DNA of 64,000 nucleotides from a virus. The position numbers and the translations under genes were made by a program. This document shows positions 25,952-34,098 of this stretch, one piece after another (position 1 is the first letter of the stretch; the number at the start of each line of letters is the position of its first letter). Where the stretch lies: the IMG/VR virus record IMGVR_UViG_3300012209_000005, positions 1-64,000 of that record; one strand, 5' to 3'. The notes beneath the pieces are model-generated. The model had not been told where the DNA came from. It saw nothing but the letters and a program-made list of their open reading frames with translations, and did not search any database.

Positions 25952-26146
25952 ATGATGCACTACCTGCACATGCTGCGCATGGACCCCGCCTGGTACCTGC
26001 AGAAGCTCTGGTGGGCGGGAGTCCTGCTCGGGCTCATCCTCATCCTGGTCACCGCCGGGAAAAACAGGCGGCGCGCCAGGACGGCGAAAGCCAAGGCTGA
26101 GAAGGCCTCCCCCCCCGAGTCCGGCAGCCCCCGTCTGCGGGGCTAG
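25952..26146 (+). CDS. small membrane protein
   Basis: one TM helix, AGGAG RBS. Confidence 0.55.
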   Translation: MMHYLHMLRMDPAWYLQKLWWAGVLLGLILILVTAGKNRRRARTAKAKAEKASPPESGSPRLRG

Positions 26147-26151
26147 CATAC

Positions 26152-26200
26152 GGAGAGTTCGCCTAGTCTGGTCTATGGCGCGTTACTTGTAATGTAATGT
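26152..26200 (+). pseudogene. truncated tRNA-Ser-like 5' fragment
   Basis: ggagagttcgcctagtc identical to the start of tRNA-Ser(GGA) at 28422; no T-arm or acceptor 3' strand follows. Confidence 0.7.
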
Positions 26201-26218
26201 GCTATGCTGATATTACCT

Positions 26219-26301
26219 GGAGGATGAACCAGACAGGCGTGCTGGGCTCCGTTGCTAGCGGATGCGCGGGAAACCGTGGCTTTCGAATAGTCCGTCCTCC
26301 G
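26219..26301 (+). tRNA. tRNA-Ser(GCT), atypical
   Basis: ggaggat/gtcctcc acceptor, tccg-TTGCTAG-cgga, variable arm, weak T-stem. Confidence 0.7.
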
Positions 26302-26302
26302 C

Positions 26303-26785
26303 ATGGTGCGATCTATCGAGTTGACTCAGGGTCGCGAGGCACTAGTTGATGACGAGGATTACGACCAGGTTTCGCAATTCAAATGGTATGCGGGAAAAAT
26401 CCGCAATACCTATTACGCAATGCGGACTGTCGATCACGCTACTCAGTACATGCATACCCTCATTACCGGATATGTGAAAACTGACCATAAAAACGGCAAC
26501 GGGCTGGACAATCGCAAAGAAAACCTTCGTGAGACAACTGATGTACAGAATCAGCACAACTCTCAACGTTCCCGCAGTAACACCAGCGGATATAAAGGTG
26601 TCAGCTGGGAGGGGCGCAGGAACAGGTGGCTTGTTCTGATAAGAGCAGATGGCAAACAGCGCTTCATAGGACGATACCCTGATGTCATCGAAGCTGCTCA
26701 CGCTTACGACAATGTGGCTCGTCATTATTTCGGGGAGTTCGCGCGAGTTAACTTTCCCGAAGAGGCGTCGGAGGAAATGACATGA
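26303..26785 (+). CDS. HNH-AP2 homing endonuclease
   Basis: I.LTQG..ALVDDEDY, YMH.LI, TDH.NGNGLDNRKENLR, NTSGYKGVSW, AA.AYD..A...FGEFA..NF. Confidence 0.93.
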   Translation: MVRSIELTQGREALVDDEDYDQVSQFKWYAGKIRNTYYAMRTVDHATQYMHTLITGYVKTDHKNGNGLDNRKENLRETTDVQNQHNSQRSRSNTSGYKGVSWEGRRNRWLVLIRADGKQRFIGRYPDVIEAAHAYDNVARHYFGEFARVNFPEEASEEMT

Positions 26786-27258
26786 AACTGGCGGAAGCGC
26801 TCGCCGAGCGCGCCGACATCGACAAGAAGATCGCCCAATTGCGGGAACGCGCCAAGGCCTCCGCCCGGTACCTGGAAGGCGAGGAGCCCGCCGAGTCCGC
26901 GCTCGCGCTCATCGGCGACACGCGCCAGCTGCTCACCCGCAGGATGGACCTGGTGCGCAGGATCAACCTGACGAACTCCGAAACCCGCATGGTCCGGAGC
27001 AGCGGCACCGTCACGATGACCGAGGCCCTGGCGATGCGCGAGTTCATCCTCGCCGAGCGCATGCTGCTCACCGACGTGTGCAACGAGGCGTCCCCCGGGA
27101 AAGACCCGTACGGGATACGCCGACGCAAGACCGAGCTGCCCGAGAAGACGGACCTGCCGGTATCGCACCTGCGCGCCGAGGCTGACAACCTGGGCAGGGT
27201 TTTCCGGGAGCTTGACTCGGACATCCAGCAGGCGAACTGGAACACGGAGCTGATCTGA
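26782..27258 (+). CDS. DIP1984-family coiled-coil protein
   Basis: MKLAEAL.ERAD.......L..R........EGEEPAE....I..TN....LD..IQQANWNTEL. Confidence 0.85.
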   Translation: MKLAEALAERADIDKKIAQLRERAKASARYLEGEEPAESALALIGDTRQLLTRRMDLVRRINLTNSETRMVRSSGTVTMTEALAMREFILAERMLLTDVCNEASPGKDPYGIRRRKTELPEKTDLPVSHLRAEADNLGRVFRELDSDIQQANWNTELI

Positions 27259-27573
27259 TGAAGGCAGCGAAGAAAGTCCTCGGCACGGAAGACAAGCTTG
27301 AGCGCAGGATCAAGGTCGCGATCGCGGTCCTGAACGCCACTCTCATCGCGAGAGCCCTGAGGAAAGCTTTCAAGAAGAAGAAGGGCACGCGAGGGTAGCG
27401 GGAGTCGGTAACCGGGTCAGGGTGAGCACGGCCTTGCTGCTCCGTTGCAGTCCTCTGGAGGCGTCCCGGGCGGCGTCACGGTCACAGGGCAGCCCAGCAC
27501 ATCAGTACACGGTACTGAAGCAGCCGTTCACCATTCACTACCGCGTGCTAACTGACCGGGTGAGGGATGATTC

Positions 27574-27942
27574 ATGGGTAAGGGGAATCCCGCTAATAGC
27601 AGGAAAAGGGAACTGGCGTTCACGGTCCCGAAAGAGAAGTTCGTCATCAAGACGTTCACCGCCGGGGGTCCCGGCGGGCAGCACCAGAACCACTCGAATA
27701 CCGCGGTGCGGATCACCCACCCGGACTCCGGGGCCTCCGCCGAATGCCGGATGTTCCGCAGCCAGCACCAGAATAAGATGACGGCTTTCCGGAACCTGGT
27801 GAACTCCGGGAAGTTCCGGACGTGGGTGAACCGGCAGCTGCTGGGAAACCCGCTGCCCCCGGAGGAGCAGGTGAAGCGGGATATGCACCCGGACAACCTG
27901 CTGGTCATGACGATGACGGACGGGAAGTGGAAGATTGATTAA
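27574..27942 (+). CDS. stand-alone RF-1 (GGQ) domain peptidyl-tRNA hydrolase, ArfB/PrfH-like
   Basis: F.AGGPGGQH.N....AVRITH..SG....C...RSQ.QNK..AF..L; lacks the codon-recognition domain. Confidence 0.9.
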   Translation: MGKGNPANSRKRELAFTVPKEKFVIKTFTAGGPGGQHQNHSNTAVRITHPDSGASAECRMFRSQHQNKMTAFRNLVNSGKFRTWVNRQLLGNPLPPEEQVKRDMHPDNLLVMTMTDGKWKID

Positions 27943-28273
27943 GTTCATCATCGTCGGCGCGCTCCTCCTGGCGTTCTTCTGGCTGATCTCGCGCCCGGGG
28001 AGGCGGCGGCGCGCCTCAGCGGACCACCAGCGCCGGAAGGCGCACAACTCGTGGCACATCAGGTACGCCGGCTTCGAGACCTCGCAGGACGAGCACGGCG
28101 GGCGCAGGGTGCACGCGAAGCAGCGGGCCGGCCGGGATGCCTGCTCCGACCAGTGCCCGCATTGCGCCGCCGGGGGAGGCTACCAGGCGAGCCTGCGGGT
28201 CTTCGATGACCGCGGTGTCCGGGGGCGCAGGGACCGGAGGGCGATGAGGGAGGACCGTGATGGCAGGGAATAA
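27935..28273 (+). CDS. hypothetical protein with N-terminal TM
   Basis: 112 aa. Confidence 0.55.
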   Translation: MIKFIIVGALLLAFFWLISRPGRRRRASADHQRRKAHNSWHIRYAGFETSQDEHGGRRVHAKQRAGRDACSDQCPHCAAGGGYQASLRVFDDRGVRGRRDRRAMREDRDGRE

Positions 28274-28421
28274 GAACGCCAGGGCCCGCAAGCACTTCAA
28301 AGGCGAGGAACGCGCCGAGAGGGCACGCCGCAAGCGGGAGCTGAAACGCCAGCGCAGGAAAGACAGGAAGCAGGTTCCTCCTCCCGGGGAACAGGAGGAG
28401 CAGGGGCAGTAGCCCTTTTAC

Positions 28422-28508
28422 GGAGAGTTCGCCTAGTCAGGCCGATGGCGCTGCCTTGGAAAGGCAGTAAGGGTAACACCTTCACGAGTTCGAATCTCGT
28501 ACTCTCCT
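28422..28508 (+). tRNA. tRNA-Ser(GGA)
   Basis: ctgcc-TTGGAAA-ggcag, variable arm. Confidence 0.9.
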
Positions 28509-28509
28509 C

Positions 28510-28592
28510 GGAGCGTAAACCGGACAGGCGTGCCGGGCTCGCCTCGAAAGCGATGCAGCCTGCGGGCAGCGGTTCAAGTCCGCTGCGCTCCT
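28510..28592 (+). tRNA. tRNA-Ser(CGA), atypical D-arm
   Basis: loop CTCGAAA; agcgg-ttcaagt-ccgct. Confidence 0.8.
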
Positions 28593-28780
28593 CCGTGACC
28601 AGGAAGCCGGTGCTCCAGTGATGTGGTTCTTGATCCTCACCGTCGTCATTATCACGGTCCCGTACCTGATCCTGTTCTTGGCCCACCCGGGAAGCGAAGA
28701 CGAAACCGTGACCGCGCGTAAGGGGAGGAGACGGTGATGCGCCAGGAGGACCCTGCCGCTGGTCGCGTTCGGTACCCCGG

Positions 28781-28864
28781 GGAAGATGCGGCGACGGCTC
28801 GCCAGCCGGCTTTGAACCCCGGCGCAGGTCTCCGGGCCTGGAAGTTCGACACTTCCGTCTTCCG
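28781..28864 (+). tRNA. tRNA-Ser(TGA), atypical D-arm
   Basis: ggaagat/gtcttcc, loop TTTGAAC, variable arm, ggaag-ttcgaca-cttcc. Confidence 0.75.
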
Positions 28865-29213
28865 CTGGAAGCGCAGCTTCGCTGCCCATGCGATCAGGAA
28901 GGAGAACTATGCCTGACGACTGGACGTGCGCGTACTGCCAGGAGCGTCTTTTCCTGGGCGTAAGCGGGGAGTGGGTCGGGCAGCGTTCCCTAAGGCGCTG
29001 CAGGAAAAGCCCTGACCTGGCGCATCACCTTGAGAAGAAGGGGAACCAGTGAGCGGAAGTGACGATGCCTGACGCGACATGCACCAGGACGTACTGCGGG
29101 TGCACGTGCCCGCCATGCCGGCACGCACGACGGAACAGGGACGACGCCCATGCCGACCATTGCGGCCGGCATGCCAGGGACTGCCACTGGATCCGGTGCG
29201 CAGGGTGAACCAT

Positions 29214-29287
29214 GGGTGCGTAGCTCAGTCGGTTAGAGCATCTTCCTGATAAGGAGAAGGCCGGAGGTTCAATTCCTCTCGCACCTA
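29214..29287 (+). tRNA. tRNA-Ile(GAT)
   Basis: loop CTGATAA. Confidence 0.9.
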
Positions 29288-29309
29288 CGTAAATGAAAGG
29301 TCCAGTCAG

Positions 29310-29513
29310 GTGAACACGGAAGAGCGCACCCCCGAAGGGCGGATTGCCGCGCTTGAGCAGCTGGTGAGCACGCTGCGGCAGGACAACGTGCGGCAGTGGC
29401 AGGCGATCCTGCGGCTGGCGAGGCTGGTGGCGAAGATCACCGGCGTCCCCGAGCAGGACATCGCGGCGGAAGAGGCGCTCATGGATGAGCAGCTCCGTCG
29501 TGCGGGCTCGTAG
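29310..29513 (+). CDS. hypothetical coiled-coil protein
   Basis: 67 aa. Confidence 0.55.
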   Translation: MNTEERTPEGRIAALEQLVSTLRQDNVRQWQAILRLARLVAKITGVPEQDIAAEEALMDEQLRRAGS

Positions 29514-29577
29514 CTCAACAGGTCAGAGCAGCTGTCTTATGAGCAGAGGGTTCCAGGTTCAAATCCTGGCGAGCCTA
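29504..29577 (+). tRNA. tRNA-Ile(TAT)
   Basis: loop CTTATGA, A73. Confidence 0.8.
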
Positions 29578-29923
29578 CGTGAAAGAAACCAGGCACACGC
29601 ATTACACCAGGTACTGGGCGACCATGACCGCCTGCAGGAAGCGGGTCGCGGATGTGGTATACTCCAGTCATTTCACGACGATGGTGACCTGCCCCGCATG
29701 CAAGGCGGCGATGCGAGATGACAAGCCGGTGGCCCGTCGGGGATGACGGTGACAACACGGGCATGGAGTGGATGTGCGCCTGCAGCTGCGGGCGGTGCGG
29801 TCCGCTAGACGAGCATGACTGCGGCACTGCAGCCTGCGATCGCGGGCACTACGAAAGATGTTCCGTCGAGAGAATTCCCCGAAGTTCCTGACAGGCAGCT
29901 GAGCTGGGCTTACCGTCAGATGC

Positions 29924-30445
29924 ATGACATTCACCACCAGCGGAATGCTTTTCAGCAAGGGCCGGCATGTCAGGCAGCGCTCACGAGTTACTGCAGTAGT
30001 CGTGACTGTCCTCACCCTGGTTGCTGCAGCGGTCTGGTCTTTCGTCGGAGCCCAGCAGGCCAGCGCCGCGGTCAGCTGGGGCCCGTCGGGGAGCCTGGGC
30101 AACCAGGCCCTGTCCTGGGCCGAGCGCAATGCCCTCGGGCACTGGTACCTGTGGGGCGGCACCGGGCCGTCCTATGACTGCAGCGGGCTCGTGATGGAAG
30201 CCTACGGGCGCGCCACCGGGGTGTGGCTGCCGCACAGCACGTACTCGATGCTCGCCAGCGGGCACCTGAGGCGCACGTACTACCCGCAGCGCGGGGACCT
30301 TGCCTTCTACGGGTCCGGGCATGTAGAGTTCGTGACAGTCCTTTACCACACCACATTCGGCGCGCACCACACCGGCACCCGTATCGGGTGGATCGGGTAC
30401 GGCGGGTCCTGGGCGCCCACCGCCTACTACCGGGTCGTCAGGTAG
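29924..30445 (+). CDS. secreted NlpC/P60 endopeptidase
   Basis: signal peptide (..QQASA/A), YLWGGTGP.YDCSGLV, GDLAFY..GHVE; start uncertain. Confidence 0.9.
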   Translation: MTFTTSGMLFSKGRHVRQRSRVTAVVVTVLTLVAAAVWSFVGAQQASAAVSWGPSGSLGNQALSWAERNALGHWYLWGGTGPSYDCSGLVMEAYGRATGVWLPHSTYSMLASGHLRRTYYPQRGDLAFYGSGHVEFVTVLYHTTFGAHHTGTRIGWIGYGGSWAPTAYYRVVR

Positions 30446-30471
30446 TGTGCCAGTCCTGTAAGGAAGAGGGT

Positions 30472-30660
30472 ATGACAGCAGCCGTCATCCGCGAGAAGGG
30501 CGTCAGCGCCAAGGGCGTCCTCGTGCAAAGCGATCCTGAGGGGAACCTCACCGTCCAGCTGGGGCTGAACGATGACGGCAGGACGAAGTTCACCGAGGAG
30601 GAGGCCCTCGCCCTGTACGAGAACCTCGGGAACATGATTGAATGGAAGCCGGAAAGCTAG
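30472..30660 (+). CDS. hypothetical protein
   Basis: 62 aa, GAGG RBS. Confidence 0.55.
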   Translation: MTAAVIREKGVSAKGVLVQSDPEGNLTVQLGLNDDGRTKFTEEEALALYENLGNMIEWKPES

Positions 30661-30667
30661 ACTTCCC

Positions 30668-30741
30668 GCGCCGTTAGCTCAGCAGGACAGAGCAGCGCCC
30701 TTCTATGGCGACGGTCAGGGGTTCGAATCCCTTACGGCGTG
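30668..30741 (+). tRNA. tRNA-Arg(TCT)
   Basis: loop CTTCTAT. Confidence 0.88.
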
Positions 30742-30794
30742 CTATCATCACTGTAAGTGCTCAGCCCAGACACTTAACGCTGTAGCACTATCAT

Positions 30795-30869
30795 GCCCCT
30801 GCAGAGCAGTCAGGAGTGTTCGCCACCCTCTCAAGGTGGAAACCGCCGGTTCAAATCCGGTCAGGGGTA
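30795..30869 (+). tRNA. tRNA-Glu(CTC)
   Basis: ccacc-CTCTCAA-ggtgg. Confidence 0.88.
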
Positions 30870-30986
30870 CGGTTGCGCTGAACGGCGTGCAGCAAGCTTC
30901 TCAGCCCTGGCGATCCGTTCCGTAGCGGTCACGTGCACAGGACCGTTCCCCTCACCGGGGGAGGGGACTACCATCCCCCCGGTCAG

Positions 30987-31061
30987 GCTCCGGTAGGCAA
31001 AGCGTGTAAAGCCGCCTGCCCTTCAAGCAGGAGTTTCCGGGTTCGAGTCCCGGGCGGAGCA
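30987..31061 (+). tRNA. tRNA-Glu(TTC)
   Basis: cctgc-CCTTCAA-gcagg (C33). Confidence 0.82.
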
Positions 31062-31062
31062 C

Positions 31063-31245
31063 ATGAGTAAATACCCGACCGAGCAAGCGCTGATCAACTT
31101 GGTCAACGACCTGGCGGACGACCTGAAGAAGATAGAGCGGGGCAACCCTGCTCACATCCCGGCGACGGCGAGACTCATACAGGCACGCAAAGCGCTGGCG
31201 TTGCACCGCAAGGGCATCAAGGCAGGCGAAGACAAGGCGAGGTAG
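31063..31245 (+). CDS. hypothetical protein
   Basis: 60 aa between tRNAs. Confidence 0.5.
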   Translation: MSKYPTEQALINLVNDLADDLKKIERGNPAHIPATARLIQARKALALHRKGIKAGEDKAR

Positions 31246-31310
31246 CTCAGCTGGCAAGAGCGCTCCGCTCATAACGGAGAGGTTCGGGGGTTCGAGCCCC
31301 CCCCTCGCTA
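31236..31310 (+). tRNA. tRNA-Met(CAT), elongator type
   Basis: ctccg-CTCATAA-cggag. Confidence 0.85.
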
Positions 31311-31492
31311 CGGTCACCCACCAGGGAGAACCCCCGTGTCCAAGAACCCTGAGCAGAAGGAAGCGGCCAGGCTGGCGAAGCTGCGGCGGCGCTGGGAGAA
31401 GGAGAACGGGCGCGGCAGCAAGAAGATGCGCACCATGTACAAGCATGCCAGCGGGCACAACGACGGACTCCCCAGGACGCCGACCAGCTGAC

Positions 31493-31521
31493 TTGACATC
31501 GGTACCCGCAGGGCATAAGCT
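31493..31521 (+). promoter_or_regulatory. HrdB/sigma70-type promoter
   Basis: TTGACA-17nt-TAAGCT directly upstream of tRNA-fMet. Confidence 0.7.
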
Positions 31522-31533
31522 TTAAACACACGA

Positions 31534-31608
31534 CGCGGAGTGGCGCAGTTCGGTAGCGCGCTGGGCTCATAACCCAGAGGTTCGCAGGTTCAAATCCTGC
31601 CTCCGCAA
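31534..31608 (+). tRNA. initiator tRNA-fMet(CAT)
   Basis: C1:A72 mismatch and three G-C pairs in the anticodon stem (ctggg/cccag). Confidence 0.9.
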
Positions 31609-31657
31609 CGAGACCCGCTAATGCGGTCCTGGGCATGACCGGAAACTGCCCTTTCAT

Positions 31658-31731
31658 TCCCCTGTAGCTCAACTAGGCAGAGCACTTGGCTGTTAACCAG
31701 GGAGTTATAGGTTCGAATCCTATCGGGGGAG
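31658..31731 (+). tRNA. tRNA-Asn(GTT)
   Basis: loop CTGTTAA. Confidence 0.9.
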
Positions 31732-31808
31732 CGAGGAGAGTTTACAATGTTAACGAGAAGACAATACGTCGGCTTCGTCGTGGCGAAACCTGGCGGTACA
31801 CATTACAT

Positions 31809-31883
31809 GGTCATGTAGAGCAGCTTGGAGTGCTCGCCACCCTGTCAAGGTGGAGGTCGCGGGTTCAAGTCCCGTCTTGACCG
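31809..31883 (+). tRNA. tRNA-Asp(GTC)
   Basis: ccacc-CTGTCAA-ggtgg. Confidence 0.9.
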
Positions 31884-31897
31884 CGTACACTGAAAGT

Positions 31898-32098
31898 ATG
31901 TACGTCTTCGACGACGAAGATGACGAGAAGAAGGATGCTGAAGTGATGCCTGATTACTGGGAGCAGATGGGCTACGTGCCCTGCCCGTTCTACGACCGGG
32001 TGACCTGGGAGGAGCTGGCCGGGGAGAGTCTCACCCATGACACCGGCCATGTCGACCACGTTGATCATGTCCTGCATTCGACTGCAGCGACATCATGA
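31898..32098 (+). CDS. small acidic/His-rich protein
   Basis: 66 aa. Confidence 0.45.
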   Translation: MYVFDDEDDEKKDAEVMPDYWEQMGYVPCPFYDRVTWEELAGESLTHDTGHVDHVDHVLHSTAATS

Positions 32099-32237
32099 TT
32101 GCAGCTTTCGCGATCGCCGGCATCGCCCTGGGCATGGCGACGGTCGTCGCAACCCTCCGGTTCGGGTTTCCCGGGCTGCTGGTCATGCTCGCGGTGATAG
32201 CGGCGGTAACAGCTGCTATCCTTAGCAGTATCCACTA

Positions 32238-32311
32238 GGACGCTTAGCTCAGCCGGGGAGAGCGCCTCCCTGACACGGAGGAGGCCGGGGGTTCAAACCC
32301 CTCAGCGTCTA
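32238..32311 (+). tRNA. tRNA-Val(GAC)
   Basis: cctcc-CTGACAC-ggagg. Confidence 0.9.
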
Positions 32312-32356
32312 CGACGAGCGTTAAACCACTGCGGAGACAGCGGAACGCTTGCTCAA

Positions 32357-32438
32357 GGGGATGGATAAGGGTTCGACTAACCTGTAAAACCGCATGTCGG
32401 AACAGGTCAGGACAGGCGTTCGATTCGCCTCATCTCCA
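32357..32438 (+). ncRNA. minimal tmRNA: tRNA-like domain only, no tag reading frame
   Basis: GGGGATG..GGTTCGAC 5' end, helix-2 acctgt/acaggt, GGAC, T-arm aggcg-ttcgatt-cgcct, CATCTCCA; G3:U70. Confidence 0.75.
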
Positions 32439-32516
32439 CTAGTTGTGACGCGAAGCGTCATGACGCTTTAGCCCGGGGTACTGAAAGGCGCTCACCCACC
32501 TGATGTCCCCGGTACC

Positions 32517-32717
32517 ATGTACGGGGAGCGTGTGCGCAGGGAACGCAGGATCGACCGCAAGGTTGGCTACGACGAAGCAGCGGTCAAGCGCTTCTTCGAC
32601 GCGCTTGACGAGAAGGACAGGAAGAAGCACGCATCACCACGCCGGGTCGCCTGGCGGCGCAAGCTGCGCCAGGAGGCATTCCCGGTCCCGGAGTGGCTGA
32701 AAGACAAGCCCTCGTAG
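32517..32717 (+). CDS. hypothetical basic protein
   Basis: 66 aa. Confidence 0.5.
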   Translation: MYGERVRRERRIDRKVGYDEAAVKRFFDALDEKDRKKHASPRRVAWRRKLRQEAFPVPEWLKDKPS

Positions 32718-32781
32718 CTCAAAGGACTAGAGCATCGCGCTACGGACGCGGAGGCTGCAGGTTCGAATCCTGTCGAGGGTG
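32708..32781 (+). tRNA. tRNA-Arg(ACG)
   Basis: loop CTACGGA. Confidence 0.9.
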
Positions 32782-32785
32782 CGCT

Positions 32786-33040
32786 ATGAAAACTGATATC
32801 ATCATCGCCTTGTTCCTGCTCCTGCTGATCATCACCGTCTGCTCTCTTGTCATCAGCAAGCGGGAGAGCGATACGCGCAAGATGATGAAGGAGATGCGCA
32901 GGCAGCACGAGCGCAAGGTGGACCGCAAGGTGATACTGGGCAGGGGCAAGCGCTTCGACTGCCCCGCCTGCGGGTCGACGGAGCCGTGCGGCAGATGCCG
33001 GTTATGGTGCTACCATGAAGCTGATAAGCAAAGGTCTTGA
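32786..33040 (+). CDS. membrane-anchored Zn-finger protein
   Basis: N-terminal TM, CPAC....CGRC. Confidence 0.55.
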   Translation: MKTDIIIALFLLLLIITVCSLVISKRESDTRKMMKEMRRQHERKVDRKVILGRGKRFDCPACGSTEPCGRCRLWCYHEADKQRS

Positions 33041-33046
33041 TATGAC

Positions 33047-33517
33047 ATGTGGTACATCGCCCTAGCCGGCATCTACGTGACGCTCTACCTGCGGAACGAC
33101 CGGGTGATCACGCCGGTTCACAGGTGGCTGCACGAGCCCGTCACGGGCAGTCACGCGGCGAATATGCACGGGGTCTGGCTTGGCGGCATCGTGCTTACCG
33201 CCATCGTTATCACCGCAATCCTTACCCGTAAGACAGGCGAGGCGGTCCCCGGGGTGCCGAGGGACACCAGCTGGGTGATAGGACTGGCGCTCGCGTTCAC
33301 CGGGTTCCTGTGGTACCTGGTCCAGGTCGGCAGGAAGCCGGCTGCCGTCATCACGCGCCCGCAGCCCACGGTGACGGTGACCGCCGGCAGTAGCCACCCG
33401 GTAACCAGCACGGTCATGCACGCGGCGGGCGTCAGCTGGGAAGTGGTCGCGATCTTCGGGGTCATCGGGGTGATCGTGCTCGGGGTGCTCTACTTCATCG
33501 TCCGGTACGTGCTGTGA
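33047..33517 (+). CDS. multi-pass membrane protein
   Basis: four hydrophobic segments. Confidence 0.65.
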   Translation: MWYIALAGIYVTLYLRNDRVITPVHRWLHEPVTGSHAANMHGVWLGGIVLTAIVITAILTRKTGEAVPGVPRDTSWVIGLALAFTGFLWYLVQVGRKPAAVITRPQPTVTVTAGSSHPVTSTVMHAAGVSWEVVAIFGVIGVIVLGVLYFIVRYVL

Positions 33518-33617
33518 AAACCCGGTGCATATACCCGGGGTGCCGGCGTAGGATAAGAGTTGCGTGGAGTAACCTCGCGGTCCTGTACTGCAGGAAGCAC
33601 CGCAAGGTTGTCAGCAA

Positions 33618-33690
33618 GGCTGCTTAGCTCAGCGGAACGAGCGTCCCGTTCACACCGGGAGGGTCGAAGGTTCAACTCCTTCAGCGGCCA
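33618..33690 (+). tRNA. tRNA-Val(CAC)
   Basis: tcccg-TTCACAC-cggga. Confidence 0.9.
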
Positions 33691-33710
33691 CGCAGTGGTA
33701 TCATGCACAT

Positions 33711-33786
33711 GGTGATGGTAGCTCAGTTAGGTTAGAGCGCTGGCTTGTGGTGCCGGATGTCGCGGGTTCGAATCCCGTCCTTCACC
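33711..33786 (+). tRNA. tRNA-His(GTG)
   Basis: loop TTGTGGT; encoded G-1 opposite C73. Confidence 0.9.
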
Positions 33787-33947
33787 CGAAAGGGAGACAG
33801 ATGCCCAGGAAGTGCTTCATCTGCAGGAAGCGCAAGCCCGTCACAGGCGGGCACATATGCGCGGTGTGCTACGCCAACCTGAGGATGCCCAGCCCAAAGG
33901 AGGCGGCATGAGCAAGCGATATACGAGGCTGCCCAGCAGGTAACCTC

Positions 33948-34027
33948 GCCAGGGTCGCATAGTGGCTATCGCAGCGGTCTGTAAAACCGTGGCTTCGGCA
34001 TCGGGGGTTCGAGTCCCTCTCCTGGCA
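33948..34027 (+). tRNA. tRNA-Tyr(GTA)
   Basis: loop CTGTAAA, variable arm. Confidence 0.88.
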
Positions 34028-34098
34028 CTAAGGTTCGTGTTACTACGAGGTGGATTACAGTGCCATCTGGAAAGTCCGGACAGGAAAATCATGGAAAC

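Noticed and set aside
26181-26200. tRNA-Tyr(GTA) from hairpin gttac-TTGTAAT-gtaat
   Set aside because: No T-arm or acceptor 3' strand follows
28781-28864. tRNA-Sec
   Set aside because: The D-arm is Sec-like, but the anticodon reads TGA (Ser) not TCA, and the acceptor stem is 7 bp
29855-29930. c-di-AMP (ydaO) riboswitch ahead of NlpC/P60
   Set aside because: Context fits, but the conserved GCUGAA/GGGGAAC/GUCAGCUAAC blocks are not present in order
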